64,000 nucleotides of DNA from an uncultured SAR86 cluster bacterium (GTDB lineage Bacteria > Pseudomonadota > Gammaproteobacteria > Magnimaribacterales > D2472): assembly GCA_963926355.1 (NCBI GenBank), contig CAWUWW010000003.1:41264-105263 (forward strand). Direction: 5' to 3'. Each line of letters begins with the position of its first letter. Within the stretch, counting starts at the first letter, position 1. The notes below the pieces were generated by a model. The model was not told where the DNA came from and made no database searches. It saw only the letters and a list, made by a program, of their open reading frames with translations. A program made the translations under genes and the position numbers. Of the stretch, positions 21,102 to 31,015 are shown in pieces.

Positions 21102-21810
21102 TATTAAATTGATAACCTTTGATCTTGATGATACTTTTTGGGATATAGAGACTGTTATTATTAAGGCTGAAATGGAAACAAGAAACTGGCTTGAAAAAAA
21201 GGTTGGTAGTATTGAATGGGGTTCCATGAGAGATCTTCTAGACTATAGAAAAGTCTTAATTACTAAGACTCCTTCACTGGAGTGGGATATTAGCCTCCTT
21301 AGAAAAGAGATGTATAGAGCTAAGTTAAAAAATATTATTAAAGATGATTTAAAAAGAGAGAAAATAATCGAAGAGGCCTACAAAATTTTTATAGATAAAA
21401 GACATGAAGTATCTTTCTATGATGGCGTTTTTGATGCTATTAAAAAATTATCTAAAGAATATTCTTTAGGTATATTAACTAATGGTAATGCTGATATCTA
21501 TAAATATGAAATAGGAAAATATTTTAAATTTTCTATACATTCCTCGGACGTGCAAGGAAATAAGCCTGATGAAGGGCATTTCTATAAAGCATTAGAAAGC
21601 TATGAAAAAGATATCTCTTTTGATCAAGTTATTCATATTGGAGATCACCAGGTTAATGATATCTTTGGCGCTAATAGGCTTGGAATTAATGCTTTATGGT
21701 TTAATAATAAAAATGCCGAATGGTATCAAGAGTTTGATAAGCCACTAGAGTTTAGCAGTTGGGATACATGCATAGATGCAATAGAGAGAATAAAAAATGG
21801 ATCAAAGTGA
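21094..21810 (+). CDS. HAD-family hydrolase (YigB-like)
   Basis: FDLDDT, TNGN, KP, HIGD...D; start reassigned to ATG 21094. Confidence 0.88.
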   Translation: MNNIKLITFDLDDTFWDIETVIIKAEMETRNWLEKKVGSIEWGSMRDLLDYRKVLITKTPSLEWDISLLRKEMYRAKLKNIIKDDLKREKIIEEAYKIFIDKRHEVSFYDGVFDAIKKLSKEYSLGILTNGNADIYKYEIGKYFKFSIHSSDVQGNKPDEGHFYKALESYEKDISFDQVIHIGDHQVNDIFGANRLGINALWFNNKNAEWYQEFDKPLEFSSWDTCIDAIERIKNGSK

Positions 21811-22030
21811 AGTTACTAAAGCTGTTTTAAAAATACTAAAAAAGGAAATTGGCGCGGTTAGTAAACTAATTCCGTTAGATATTTTTAAAGCTATAGAAGA
21901 AAAAGTTGGGCCTGAGATAGATATAATTATTGAAAAAAGTGGTTATGTAAAAAAAGAAAAGTACGAACGCTTGAAAAAAATTACAGACAATCTAGAGAAA
22001 AGAATTACAGACCTAGAAAAAGACTTATAA
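21797..22030 (+). CDS. probable UbiK/BMFP-family accessory protein
   Basis: 77 aa; VKKEKY...LEKRITDLE C-terminal coiled coil resembles UbiK. Confidence 0.55.
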   Translation: MDQSEVTKAVLKILKKEIGAVSKLIPLDIFKAIEEKVGPEIDIIIEKSGYVKKEKYERLKKITDNLEKRITDLEKDL

Positions 22031-22429
22031 AGTAACTATATATTTTGAAAGCTCTTTAATATCTTTCTCTGACAGAGCTGCGGCTTGAGCATACATCAAG
22101 GCACTTTGCGGACCTCTTTCTTCCTTGTTCTTGTACTGGGTTAGTGCAGCGGCTATATATTCACTTTTTGATCCTTTAAAAGATGGGCCAATACCTCCCT
22201 CTCCTTTAGCTCCGTGACATGCAATACATCCAGCATATAACTTAGTAGCTCCTGAAGCCGATCCTGATGAAGCCTGAGCAGTTGATGCAGAAGTACCACA
22301 ATCTTGACCTTCTACACAAATATTAACTTGAAGACTAAGTCTCTCTATGACTGAATCATCATACTTCTTCCCATTAAATAGAAAGAGTACGCATAAAGGT
22401 AAAATATATAGGTAGTATTTATTTTTCAT
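22025..22429 (-). CDS. monoheme c-type cytochrome
   Basis: CIACH heme motif, distal Met in ALMYAQA, hydrophobic N-terminus; start reassigned to ATG 22429. Confidence 0.9.
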   Translation of the reverse strand: MKNKYYLYILPLCVLFLFNGKKYDDSVIERLSLQVNICVEGQDCGTSASTAQASSGSASGATKLYAGCIACHGAKGEGGIGPSFKGSKSEYIAAALTQYKNKEERGPQSALMYAQAAALSEKDIKELSKYIVTL

Positions 22430-22436
22430 TTTTTTC

Positions 22437-23060
22437 CTAAGAGTTTGGTCTTTGTAATTCAACTAGATGATCGACAACCTTCAACATGTCGCTAAAGCTT
22501 CCCTTTGATTCAACTATATATGTGCCATCAACTACAATCATTGGCACGGATGAAATCTTAAGCTGCCTTGCATATTTAATGCCTCTGTTAACTTTTTGTT
22601 TAACTGTAAAGGACTCTAGATATTGAGCTGTTACTTCGGGAGCAACTCCAAATTTAGATAAGAAATCTTGAATAGCTTTTGGGCTTTGAAGGAAATTACC
22701 TTCCTTGTGAATAGTTACAAAAACTGCTGAGTGAGTTGATGCATCTAACTTTAATGCCTCTATAGTAAAAAATAATGCTGCATGAAGTTGGTGAATTGGT
22801 CCCCATGTTATTGGCATTTTTGTTAATTTAGTGTCGTCTGATTGCTTAGATTCCCATGAATTGATTGCTGGCTCAAAAGAATAGCAATGAGCACAGCCAT
22901 ACCAAAAAGATTCAGTTACCTCTACTATTCCATCTCTTTTAACTGGAAGAGGGTTATCAACCAATCGATAATCTTTCCCTAGTTTATATTCTGCGTTTAT
23001 TGATACTGCAAAGACAGCCAATAAAAGCAATTTAGAAAAGTTTGTTAAATATATTTTCAT
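22437..23060 (-). CDS. dsbA: thiol:disulfide interchange protein DsbA
   Basis: Signal peptide, FWYGCAHC, cis-Pro SVP; next to cytochrome c4. Confidence 0.92.
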   Translation of the reverse strand: MKIYLTNFSKLLLLAVFAVSINAEYKLGKDYRLVDNPLPVKRDGIVEVTESFWYGCAHCYSFEPAINSWESKQSDDTKLTKMPITWGPIHQLHAALFFTIEALKLDASTHSAVFVTIHKEGNFLQSPKAIQDFLSKFGVAPEVTAQYLESFTVKQKVNRGIKYARQLKISSVPMIVVDGTYIVESKGSFSDMLKVVDHLVELQRPNS

Positions 23061-23722
23061 TTGTATAGTCCGTGCATGTAGTTTGCAAGAGCATCAATCT
23101 CTTCATCGCTTAAATTCTGAGCAATTGATTGCATTACAAGCGCTTGCTCGCCTGCGTTTCTTTCCTTAGACCTATATTCTTTAAGTGTGGAGACAAGATA
23201 GCCAACTTGCTGACCTGCTAATGATGGGAAGCCTGCTAGACTGTTGCCATCTCCATATACTGAATGGCAAGCAGTACATGCGGGAATAGCTTTTTTCATA
23301 TCGCCTGATCTGTATAAGCTTGCACCAAGAGCAAGAAGCTCTTCGTCATCTTTAGCCTTACCAACTGTTGATTTTTTTGAAGAATAAAAAGCAGCAATAT
23401 CAAGTAAATCATCATCTTTTAAGGATTGAAGATACGGGATAACTGCCATCATTAAGACGTTATTTCTTTCTCCATCTTTAAAGTATTGAAGTTGCTCATA
23501 AATATATCTTTGATTCTGACCTGCTAGCTTTGGCCAGTCTGAATTCATGCTGTTTCCATCACTTCCATGACATGCTGCACATGATGCAACAAGCTCACTT
23601 CCTTTATCTACATTCCCTGATTTAAAACCATGAGGCATATCCTCTGCATGGGATGAATTTTCAACAGCATTAATATTAAATATTAAAGTGAAAGATGTAA
23701 TGAATACTAGAAATAATTTCAT
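23057..23722 (-). CDS. diheme cytochrome c4
   Basis: CAACH and CTACH, WPKLAGQ / FPSLAGQ, signal peptide. Confidence 0.93.
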   Translation of the reverse strand: MKLFLVFITSFTLIFNINAVENSSHAEDMPHGFKSGNVDKGSELVASCAACHGSDGNSMNSDWPKLAGQNQRYIYEQLQYFKDGERNNVLMMAVIPYLQSLKDDDLLDIAAFYSSKKSTVGKAKDDEELLALGASLYRSGDMKKAIPACTACHSVYGDGNSLAGFPSLAGQQVGYLVSTLKEYRSKERNAGEQALVMQSIAQNLSDEEIDALANYMHGLYK

Positions 23723-23792
23723 ATGTTTTTTAATTAAGTATGTCTAAGTGATGTGTATTATAAACATAGGTTGGTATGATATAAACGTTTAA

Positions 23793-24371
23793 ATGAAAAA
23801 CCTTTTTAAAGAATCCGAATTTATGCTTGGTGTGACCAAGTTCAAAAATCTTCCCGAAGACGAAGGTGTGGAAATATTATTGGCTGGAAGATCTAATGCT
23901 GGTAAATCTAGCGCTCTAAATGCACTTACTGAAAACCCTAAACTTGCAAGAATAAGCAAGACTCCAGGAAGAACAACTGAGATAAATTATTTTAGAGTTA
24001 ATGAAACTTTAAAATTTGTTGATTTGCCTGGTTACGGATTTGCTAAATCAAGCTTTTATAAAAGGAAGGACTGGGCTCCTCTTTTGGAAGAATATTTTGC
24101 AAAGAGGCAATCCTTTAAGGCTGTAGTTATTTTTATGGATATAAGACACCCACTTAAAGATAGTGACAGAGATTTAATTGATTTATGTAATAATTCAGAC
24201 GTCGCTTTTATCCCCGTACTAACAAAAAGTGACAAGCTATCAAACAATCAAAAAGCCAAAGCAGTTGCTGCAGTTAATAGACAAATGCAGGATTGTGAAG
24301 CTATTGCTGTTTCTTCTAAAGATATTGTGGGCTTTGACAAGTTAACAAGGGCTATATTGGAATTCTGTTGA
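23793..24371 (+). CDS. engB: ribosome biogenesis GTPase EngB/YihA
   Basis: GRSNAGKSS, SKTPGRT, DLPGYG, TKSD. Confidence 0.96.
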   Translation: MKNLFKESEFMLGVTKFKNLPEDEGVEILLAGRSNAGKSSALNALTENPKLARISKTPGRTTEINYFRVNETLKFVDLPGYGFAKSSFYKRKDWAPLLEEYFAKRQSFKAVVIFMDIRHPLKDSDRDLIDLCNNSDVAFIPVLTKSDKLSNNQKAKAVAAVNRQMQDCEAIAVSSKDIVGFDKLTRAILEFC

Positions 24372-24886
24372 TGCTTGAATATCAAAAACAGGACTGCGGC
24401 CTAACTATAGCTGAAGGTCTAGAGTGCTATTACAATTCATTTCCCAAATCTAAAGAGGTTTTTAAAGACAATCCTCAATCAGGGACCTTGCTTAGAGACC
24501 ATGACTGCACACATGTTATTTTTGGCTTAGATATAAGCCTAGAACATGAGGCTGTCCTCGATTCTTGGGTGCTTTGGGGCTGTTCGTTTAAATGGAAATA
24601 TTTACTAGGTTACAACAAGCTTCCTGAGCTGAAAGATCTGAATAAAAGACTTTTCAAGGAACTCGGTGTCATTGGTTTTATAAAGCTTTATTGGAAGGTC
24701 GGCGCAATTAAAAGAAAGGTAATTTATAGAGCTTTTAAAATGCAAAAGAAATGGCCATTTAAAGTGCCCGAACAATATTTATCTATGAAGATATCTGACC
24801 TTAGAAAAATGCATGGAATTAAAATTCTTCCTCCAGAAGAGATGAATTACGTACCAACTAAATGGTCTGGGTCTATAAGTAACTAG
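24371..24886 (+). CDS. hypothetical metalloprotein with Coq4-like HDxxH-x11-E motif
   Basis: HDCTHVIFGLDISLEHE; TGATG coupling to engB. Confidence 0.6.
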   Translation: MLEYQKQDCGLTIAEGLECYYNSFPKSKEVFKDNPQSGTLLRDHDCTHVIFGLDISLEHEAVLDSWVLWGCSFKWKYLLGYNKLPELKDLNKRLFKELGVIGFIKLYWKVGAIKRKVIYRAFKMQKKWPFKVPEQYLSMKISDLRKMHGIKILPPEEMNYVPTKWSGSISN

Positions 24887-25970
24887 ATATTTGATCTATA
24901 AATGAATCAAAGTAATCAGACTGACCTTTGGATACCGCATTCCTGCTAGCTAGGGTCATATAATATGCTCCTTTAGGTATATTGCCAGTATTTATATAGG
25001 CAGCACCCATGTAGAAATTTGTCATTGATAGCAAATTTTTATATTTTTGCCTATCGGATGAATATATTTTGTAATTTTTTTCTAAATCGATTATTTCTTG
25101 ATATCTACCCAAGTTAAATAATGAATCTACTTGCATGCTGAAGCTTGTAACATAGTATTGTTCGTTAATCTCCTTGCCTTGATTAATTGCACTTGATTGA
25201 AATTTTTCTAGCAACTCTAGGCTTTCAGTATAATTTTTTTGAGAAAACTTAATGACGGCTTTTTGAAAAATAAAATAGCTATCCTTTTCAATATTTTTAT
25301 TTGCAATAATTAAAGCGGTTTTAAGGTCATTTTTTTTCATAGCGTAAAGTAGCTTGCTATAGGACCTGGCCCCTTTGGTTATTTGAATAGTTTCCTCTTC
25401 TTCCATCAGAAATCCAAATCTATGCAGAACACCCTTATGGTTTATTGGGATTTTTTTATACAGAGTAGGTAAATATTTTAGTTGTGTTGCAGCCTGCAAT
25501 GAGCTTTTATTAAAATCTTGGCAAGGTTTAAGCTCTTCTTGTGGATTGTATAAATTTCCACACAAGCTTTCTTGAATTTTATGATTTTCTGTAGCGCCAA
25601 ACTGGTTTATATCCAACTTAATAACTACATACCCCATTTCTCCTTTTTGCTGCATTCTTCTGGGATATTGAAGTAAAGGTTTTTTTTTATTTTCATATCT
25701 TTTGAATTCATCAAGTAAATCTGAAGAAACTAGTCTTTTCTTTGAATGCAATATGTAAGCCGAATCCTCTGCTAGCTCTGATATTTTACAATCTGTATAA
25801 ATTTGATCCTCAGGAATTAGGTTCTCTGATGCAACACATTGTAGAAATTTACTCTTTTCGTCTTCAAAAACTTTTCCAAAATAACTGATGAGAATTGGGT
25901 TTGTGTCACCTTGAATAATTAAAGAAAAGTTGATTAATAATAAAGTTATCCAGATTTTAATGTGCTTCAT
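24873..25970 (-). CDS. exported protein with TonB C-terminal-like domain and TPR-like repeats
   Basis: Signal peptide; QYPRRMQQKGEMGYVVIKLDINQFG; helical C-terminal half (FYMGAAYINTGN...A). Confidence 0.65.
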   Translation of the reverse strand: MKHIKIWITLLLINFSLIIQGDTNPILISYFGKVFEDEKSKFLQCVASENLIPEDQIYTDCKISELAEDSAYILHSKKRLVSSDLLDEFKRYENKKKPLLQYPRRMQQKGEMGYVVIKLDINQFGATENHKIQESLCGNLYNPQEELKPCQDFNKSSLQAATQLKYLPTLYKKIPINHKGVLHRFGFLMEEEETIQITKGARSYSKLLYAMKKNDLKTALIIANKNIEKDSYFIFQKAVIKFSQKNYTESLELLEKFQSSAINQGKEINEQYYVTSFSMQVDSLFNLGRYQEIIDLEKNYKIYSSDRQKYKNLLSMTNFYMGAAYINTGNIPKGAYYMTLASRNAVSKGQSDYFDSFIDQISSYL

Positions 25971-28677
25971 TCCAATTATCCCCTATAGCCGCATCGGCAA
26001 TTAAAGGAATATCAAGCTTTACAGCTTTTTCCATCATGCCTTTCATGGTTGATAAAATTTCTTCTGCATTTTTCTCAGGTGCTTCAAAAATTAACTCATC
26101 GTGAACCTGCATAATCATTTTAACATCTGGCATTTCATTTTCAAGAAATCCTTGAATATCAATCATAGCTTTCTTGATAATATCAGCAGCAGATCCCTGA
26201 AGAGGAGCGTTAATTGCTGCTCTTTCAGCCGCCTGTCTTCTTAGTCCATTTGCAGCATTGATTTCATTTAAATAAAGTCTTCTTCCCATTATAGTTTCAA
26301 CATACATGTCTTCTTTTGCCTGGGCTTTGGTATTGGCTATATAGTCTTTAACCCCGGTATATCTTTCAAAGTATGTATCCAGATATTTTTGAGCCTCTGC
26401 TCTGGTAATATCGAGTTGACGGGTTAAGCCAAAAGCTGACATTCCATACATTAAACCAAAGTTAATGGCTTTTGCGCTTCTTCTATGATCTACAGTGACA
26501 TCCTCAAGGCTTACCCCAAAAACCTCAGCGGCAGTTGCAGAATGAATATCCAAATTATTGTTAAATGCATGTGTTAAATTTTTATCTTTTGATAGATGGG
26601 CCATGATTCTTAGCTCAATCTGGGAATAGTCAGCAGATATCAAAACATTCCCTTTCTCAGGCACAAATGCCTCTCTTATTCTTCTTCCCTCAGCTGTCTT
26701 GATTGGAATATTTTGGAGATTTGGCTCGGTTGATGAAAGCCTTCCCGTTGAGGTTACCGCTTGTTGGTATGAGGTATGAATTCTTCCTGTTTTAGGATTT
26801 TCTATCTTTATTAGGCTATCGGTATAAGTAGATTTTAATTTAGCTAGTGTTCTGTATTGTAAAATTATTCTTGGTAGCTCATATTCTTCGGAGAGTCTTT
26901 GAAGGGTCTCTTCATTTGTAGAAGGTTGACCTTTTGGTGTTTTCTTTAAGATAGGAAGTTTTAATTTTTCATACAAAACTTCTAGTAATTGTTTTGGGGA
27001 GTCTAAATTAAATTCCTCGCCAGCTATTGCAAAAGCCTGAATTGAAAGCTTTGCTATCTTTTCTGATAATTCCTTAGAGTGTTCTGAAAGTTTATTTTTA
27101 TCTATCTTTGCGCCATTTTGCTCTATCTTAGAGAGAACATGAACTAGTGGATATTCAATATCTTTAAGAAGTTTTATTTGCGCTGGTTTATCTTTTAAGA
27201 GGCTATCTAACTTATTAAATAATCTTAATGTGATATCTGCATCTTCGGCAGCATAATTTGAAGCGATCTCTATTTCAACAGCTGAAAAATTAATTTGTTT
27301 AGATGCTGTACCTGTTACGTCTGTATATTTAACAGTCGAGTAATTTAAATAATACTCAGCCAACTTATCCATCCCATGTCTTGTTGCTGTGCTATTAATT
27401 ACGTATGACATTAGCATGGTATCAGCATGGAATACATCAAGAACTATCCCATGTCTGGCTAAAATTGGTATGTCAAATTTAAGATTTTGCCCTATTGCTT
27501 TATGTTTATTTCTTTCTATTGCAGACCCAATAATATCTACTAGGGTTTCAAGGTTTATTTGAATAGGACATCCTTCATAATCATGCCTAAGTGGAATATA
27601 ACAACCATCGCCCTCTTTATCTGATAAAGATATTCCAACTAAATTTGCAGATACTGTGTCAAGTGAGTCTGTCTCTGTGTCTATTGCGAATACCTTACAA
27701 GTGTCTAGTCTATTTGCCCATTCTTCTAAATCTTTCTTGCTAAGAATTGTCTTATAAATGCCCTTGGGTTTAGGAGGGCTAACCTCAAGTATACTTTCTA
27801 GAGATTCAGGGGCTTTTTTATCTTCTTTGTTAGCAGGTTTCTTTTTAGGTTTCTTAAACTCTAAATCTGCAAAAAGCTCATCTAGCCTTTCTTGATTTCC
27901 ATCAAGCTTCAAAAGACTTTCAAACGTTACGCCAATTTCAACGTCATTTTTAAGTGAAACTAATTCAACATTTCTATCTAGACTATCTAATGAATTCCTT
28001 AAGTTTTCTCCTACAACTCCCTTTATTGAGCCGGCGTTAGATTTAATCCCCTCTAGATCTTTAAATTCATTAAGCCATTTTGCTGCTGTTTTTTGTCCAA
28101 CTTTTGGCACCCCTGGGATGTTATCAGATGTATCACCTGTAAGTGCTAGCATGTCTCTTATCTGATTTGGCTTTACACCAAATTTTTCGAAGACTTTCTC
28201 CTCATCAAAGATTTGATGAGTCATTGTATTCATCATTTTTGCAGACGGGTCCTCAACTAACTGCATTAAATCTTTATCTAATGATGAGATTACACTTTTA
28301 AAATTATTTTCTTTTGCAATTCTTACTAATGTTGCAATCACATCATCTGCCTCAACTCCCTCAATCTCTATTAAAGGGAATCCTATAGCTCTGCATACAT
28401 TTTTAAGGGGCACTAATTGCTCTCGCAAATCGTCAGGCATTGGAGGTCTATTGGCCTTATAAGACTCATATATATCGTTTCTAAATGTCTTTCCTTTTGC
28501 ATCAAAGGTTACAATGATTGGTGAGCCCTCGCTATCTTTTTTGAGTGTCATCAACATATTAGTTACGCCTTTTATAGCACCAGTTGGTCTGCCGTCTGAT
28601 GTTGTGAGTGGCGGCATGGCATGATATGCCCTGTATAGATAAGACGAGCCGTCAATTATAAAAATTCTATCTTTCAT
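25957..28677 (-). CDS. polA: DNA polymerase I
   Basis: IDGSSYLYRAYHA 5'-exo, DTET 3'-exo, ADYSQIELR, AKAINFGLMYG, QVHDE. Confidence 0.98.
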   Translation of the reverse strand: MKDRIFIIDGSSYLYRAYHAMPPLTTSDGRPTGAIKGVTNMLMTLKKDSEGSPIIVTFDAKGKTFRNDIYESYKANRPPMPDDLREQLVPLKNVCRAIGFPLIEIEGVEADDVIATLVRIAKENNFKSVISSLDKDLMQLVEDPSAKMMNTMTHQIFDEEKVFEKFGVKPNQIRDMLALTGDTSDNIPGVPKVGQKTAAKWLNEFKDLEGIKSNAGSIKGVVGENLRNSLDSLDRNVELVSLKNDVEIGVTFESLLKLDGNQERLDELFADLEFKKPKKKPANKEDKKAPESLESILEVSPPKPKGIYKTILSKKDLEEWANRLDTCKVFAIDTETDSLDTVSANLVGISLSDKEGDGCYIPLRHDYEGCPIQINLETLVDIIGSAIERNKHKAIGQNLKFDIPILARHGIVLDVFHADTMLMSYVINSTATRHGMDKLAEYYLNYSTVKYTDVTGTASKQINFSAVEIEIASNYAAEDADITLRLFNKLDSLLKDKPAQIKLLKDIEYPLVHVLSKIEQNGAKIDKNKLSEHSKELSEKIAKLSIQAFAIAGEEFNLDSPKQLLEVLYEKLKLPILKKTPKGQPSTNEETLQRLSEEYELPRIILQYRTLAKLKSTYTDSLIKIENPKTGRIHTSYQQAVTSTGRLSSTEPNLQNIPIKTAEGRRIREAFVPEKGNVLISADYSQIELRIMAHLSKDKNLTHAFNNNLDIHSATAAEVFGVSLEDVTVDHRRSAKAINFGLMYGMSAFGLTRQLDITRAEAQKYLDTYFERYTGVKDYIANTKAQAKEDMYVETIMGRRLYLNEINAANGLRRQAAERAAINAPLQGSAADIIKKAMIDIQGFLENEMPDVKMIMQVHDELIFEAPEKNAEEILSTMKGMMEKAVKLDIPLIADAAIGDNWNEAH

Positions 28678-28753
28678 TGTTTTGTGTATGTTTATGCTTG
28701 TGTATTATGACATGGCTTTTTTGTATACTATATAAAGAAAATAACCCAAAGAC

Positions 28754-29269
28754 ATGATTAGACATCCTATTAACTTTATTAAAACAGTTTATCAAAACTA
28801 TTTTGAAATAGCGTCCTCTTTAGGCGCAATTTTGATTATCTTATTGGCTATCTTAATGGACAATCTTCTTAACTTAGAGGCTTGTCCTATGTGCATAATG
28901 TCCAGATATGCTTTTGGTGCAATTGCTATTATTTCAATCTTGGGAATGTTTACAAAGAAGCTTTTTAGATTAAATAAAATTTTTATTGTTCTCTCTTCTC
29001 TTGCTGGAATAGCCGTTACCAGCAAACAAGTCTATCTTCAAAATCTTAGCCCAGAAGAAATTGCCAATCTTGCCATGGGTTGCGGAATGCCTTTGGAAAC
29101 TCAAATAGAATACTTCGGTTTAATTGGTGGCATTTTAAATGCATACAAGGGTGGCCCAACATGTGCTGCAGAAAATTGGAGATTTATCTTTAACTTTGCT
29201 GAATGGGGATTAATTTTCTTTATTATTTTCTTAGTAACTTCAATAGCTAAGCTTCTTAAGGGAAAATAA
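28754..29269 (+). CDS. dsbB: disulfide bond formation protein B
   Basis: 4 TM segments, CPMC..R, second Cys pair. Confidence 0.88.
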   Translation: MIRHPINFIKTVYQNYFEIASSLGAILIILLAILMDNLLNLEACPMCIMSRYAFGAIAIISILGMFTKKLFRLNKIFIVLSSLAGIAVTSKQVYLQNLSPEEIANLAMGCGMPLETQIEYFGLIGGILNAYKGGPTCAAENWRFIFNFAEWGLIFFIIFLVTSIAKLLKGK

Positions 29270-29278
29270 GAATATTTT

Positions 29279-29293
29279 TGTAATAAAACTACA
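29279..29293. promoter_or_regulatory. HexR-like operator upstream of pckA
   Basis: TGTAATAAAACTACA, close to the TGTAAT-www-ATTACA HexR consensus. Confidence 0.6.
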
Positions 29294-29340
29294 TAAAAAT
29301 AGCTCTTAGAGTACTGTTCTTATAGTCTATGGGGTGATTC

Positions 29341-29371
29341 TTGACTTTTTTAAGCTAAAATATTTTAATCT
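29341..29371 (+). promoter_or_regulatory. candidate sigma70 promoter of pckA
   Basis: TTGACT at 29341-46; TTTAAT 17 bp later (or TAATCT 19 bp later). Confidence 0.45.
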
Positions 29372-29383
29372 ACTACATAGTTA

Positions 29384-29398
29384 TGTAAATTATTTACC
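29384..29398. promoter_or_regulatory. second HexR-like operator
   Basis: TGTAAATTATTTACC, same 15-bp dyad geometry. Confidence 0.5.
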
Positions 29399-29462
29399 TA
29401 AAAAGTATTAATATTTTATATAATGCATTATAAATTTTTAAAATAACTGGCTTTAAATAAAT

Positions 29463-31007
29463 ATGAATAACCAAAATCAAAATTTCCAAGCCTTTGAATT
29501 TTCAAGTGAAGAATTAATACGAAAAGCTGTTGAAAACGGTGAAGGTGTTATTGCAAGCAACGGAGCTTTTTCAGCGAATACTGGCGAAAGAACTGGGAGA
29601 AGTCCTAATGATAGATTCATAGTTCAAGAGCCCGGAACTTCTGATCTCATAGATTGGGGTTCTGTTAACAAGCCTTTTGATGCTAATAAATTTGATAAAC
29701 TCTGGGGTAAGGTTGAGTCATACATATCTGAAAAAAATAGATATGTCTCAAAGGTTCACGTTGGATCTCATGACGAACATTACCTACCTGTTAAAGTTAC
29801 TACTGAAACTGCATGGCATGGCTTGTTTGCTAGATTGATATTTGTTGTTCCTGCAGAGTTTAATCCCTCAATCAAACAGGAATGGGAAATTTTAAGTGCT
29901 GCAAATTTCAAATGTGACCCTGCTGAAGATGGAACTAATTCTGAAGGTTGTGTGATAATTAATTTTGCTGAAAGAAAAGTCTTGCTTGCTGGAATGAAGT
30001 ACGCAGGGGAAATGAAGAAATCTATGTTTTCAGCTCAGAATTTCTTGCTACCAGCCAAAGACGTGCTTCCAATGCACTGTTCAGCCAATGTAAATGCAGA
30101 AGGCAAGGTGGCATTATTCTTTGGGCTATCTGGAACAGGTAAAACAACCTTATCTGCAGACCCAAGCTGTTCACTTATAGGTGATGACGAGCATGGCTGG
30201 GATAAAGGATCTGTATTTAATTTTGAGGGTGGTTGCTATGCTAAGACCATTGACCTATCAGAAAAGAATGAACCCGTTATATTTAAAGCTATCAAGCACG
30301 GCAGCGTGATTGAAAATGTTTTTCTTGATGAATCCGGCGTTCCCGATTATACAAATACATCTTTATCTGAGAATGGCAGATGCTGTTATCCAAGAACACA
30401 TATTGAAGGTGCTATAGAGAAAAATGCAGCAGGAGAGCCTGAAACTGTAATTTTTTTAACGTGTGACCTTACTGGACTTATCCCCCCTGTATCGATTCTT
30501 TCAAAGGAAGCTGCTGCCTACCATTTCTTAAGTGGCTATACGGCTAAAGTTGGCTCAACTGAGATGGGATCAAGCTCCTCGATTGAATCAACTTTCTCTA
30601 CATGTTTCGGAGCTCCTTTTTTTCCAAGGCCAGCAGGAGTTTATGCAGACTTATTAATGAAAAGAATTGAAGACTTTGGATCAAAAGTATTTTTAGTTAA
30701 TACTGGGTGGACTGGTGGTCCATACGGAACTGGAACAAGATTTAGTATTCCTACTACAAGAAGAATTGTTAACGCAATTCAAAATGGCGAACTTAATGAT
30801 ATTGAAACTCAACATATACCAGGATTAAACCTTGAAGTCCCTGTTTCTGTGGAGGGTGTTGAGCAAGATCTTCTCAACCCTGTAAAAACATGGGAAAGCC
30901 AAGAAGAGTATCAAAACTATCTAGAGGAGCTTGTAACTAAGTTCAAAAATAATTTTGAAAAATTTGATGTAAAAGCTGATATAGTTTCCGCAGGACCCAA
31001 CCTATAG
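29463..31007 (+). CDS. pckA: phosphoenolpyruvate carboxykinase (ATP)
   Basis: [37 protein letters not shown]. Confidence 0.98.
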   Translation: MNNQNQNFQAFEFSSEELIRKAVENGEGVIASNGAFSANTGERTGRSPNDRFIVQEPGTSDLIDWGSVNKPFDANKFDKLWGKVESYISEKNRYVSKVHVGSHDEHYLPVKVTTETAWHGLFARLIFVVPAEFNPSIKQEWEILSAANFKCDPAEDGTNSEGCVIINFAERKVLLAGMKYAGEMKKSMFSAQNFLLPAKDVLPMHCSANVNAEGKVALFFGLSGTGKTTLSADPSCSLIGDDEHGWDKGSVFNFEGGCYAKTIDLSEKNEPVIFKAIKHGSVIENVFLDESGVPDYTNTSLSENGRCCYPRTHIEGAIEKNAAGEPETVIFLTCDLTGLIPPVSILSKEAAAYHFLSGYTAKVGSTEMGSSSSIESTFSTCFGAPFFPRPAGVYADLLMKRIEDFGSKVFLVNTGWTGGPYGTGTRFSIPTTRRIVNAIQNGELNDIETQHIPGLNLEVPVSVEGVEQDLLNPVKTWESQEEYQNYLEELVTKFKNNFEKFDVKADIVSAGPNL

Positions 31008-31015
31008 GGAGAAAT

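Noticed and set aside
22437-23060. DsbA CAHC motif instead of CPHC
   Set aside because: Within known CXXC variation; nothing else unusual.
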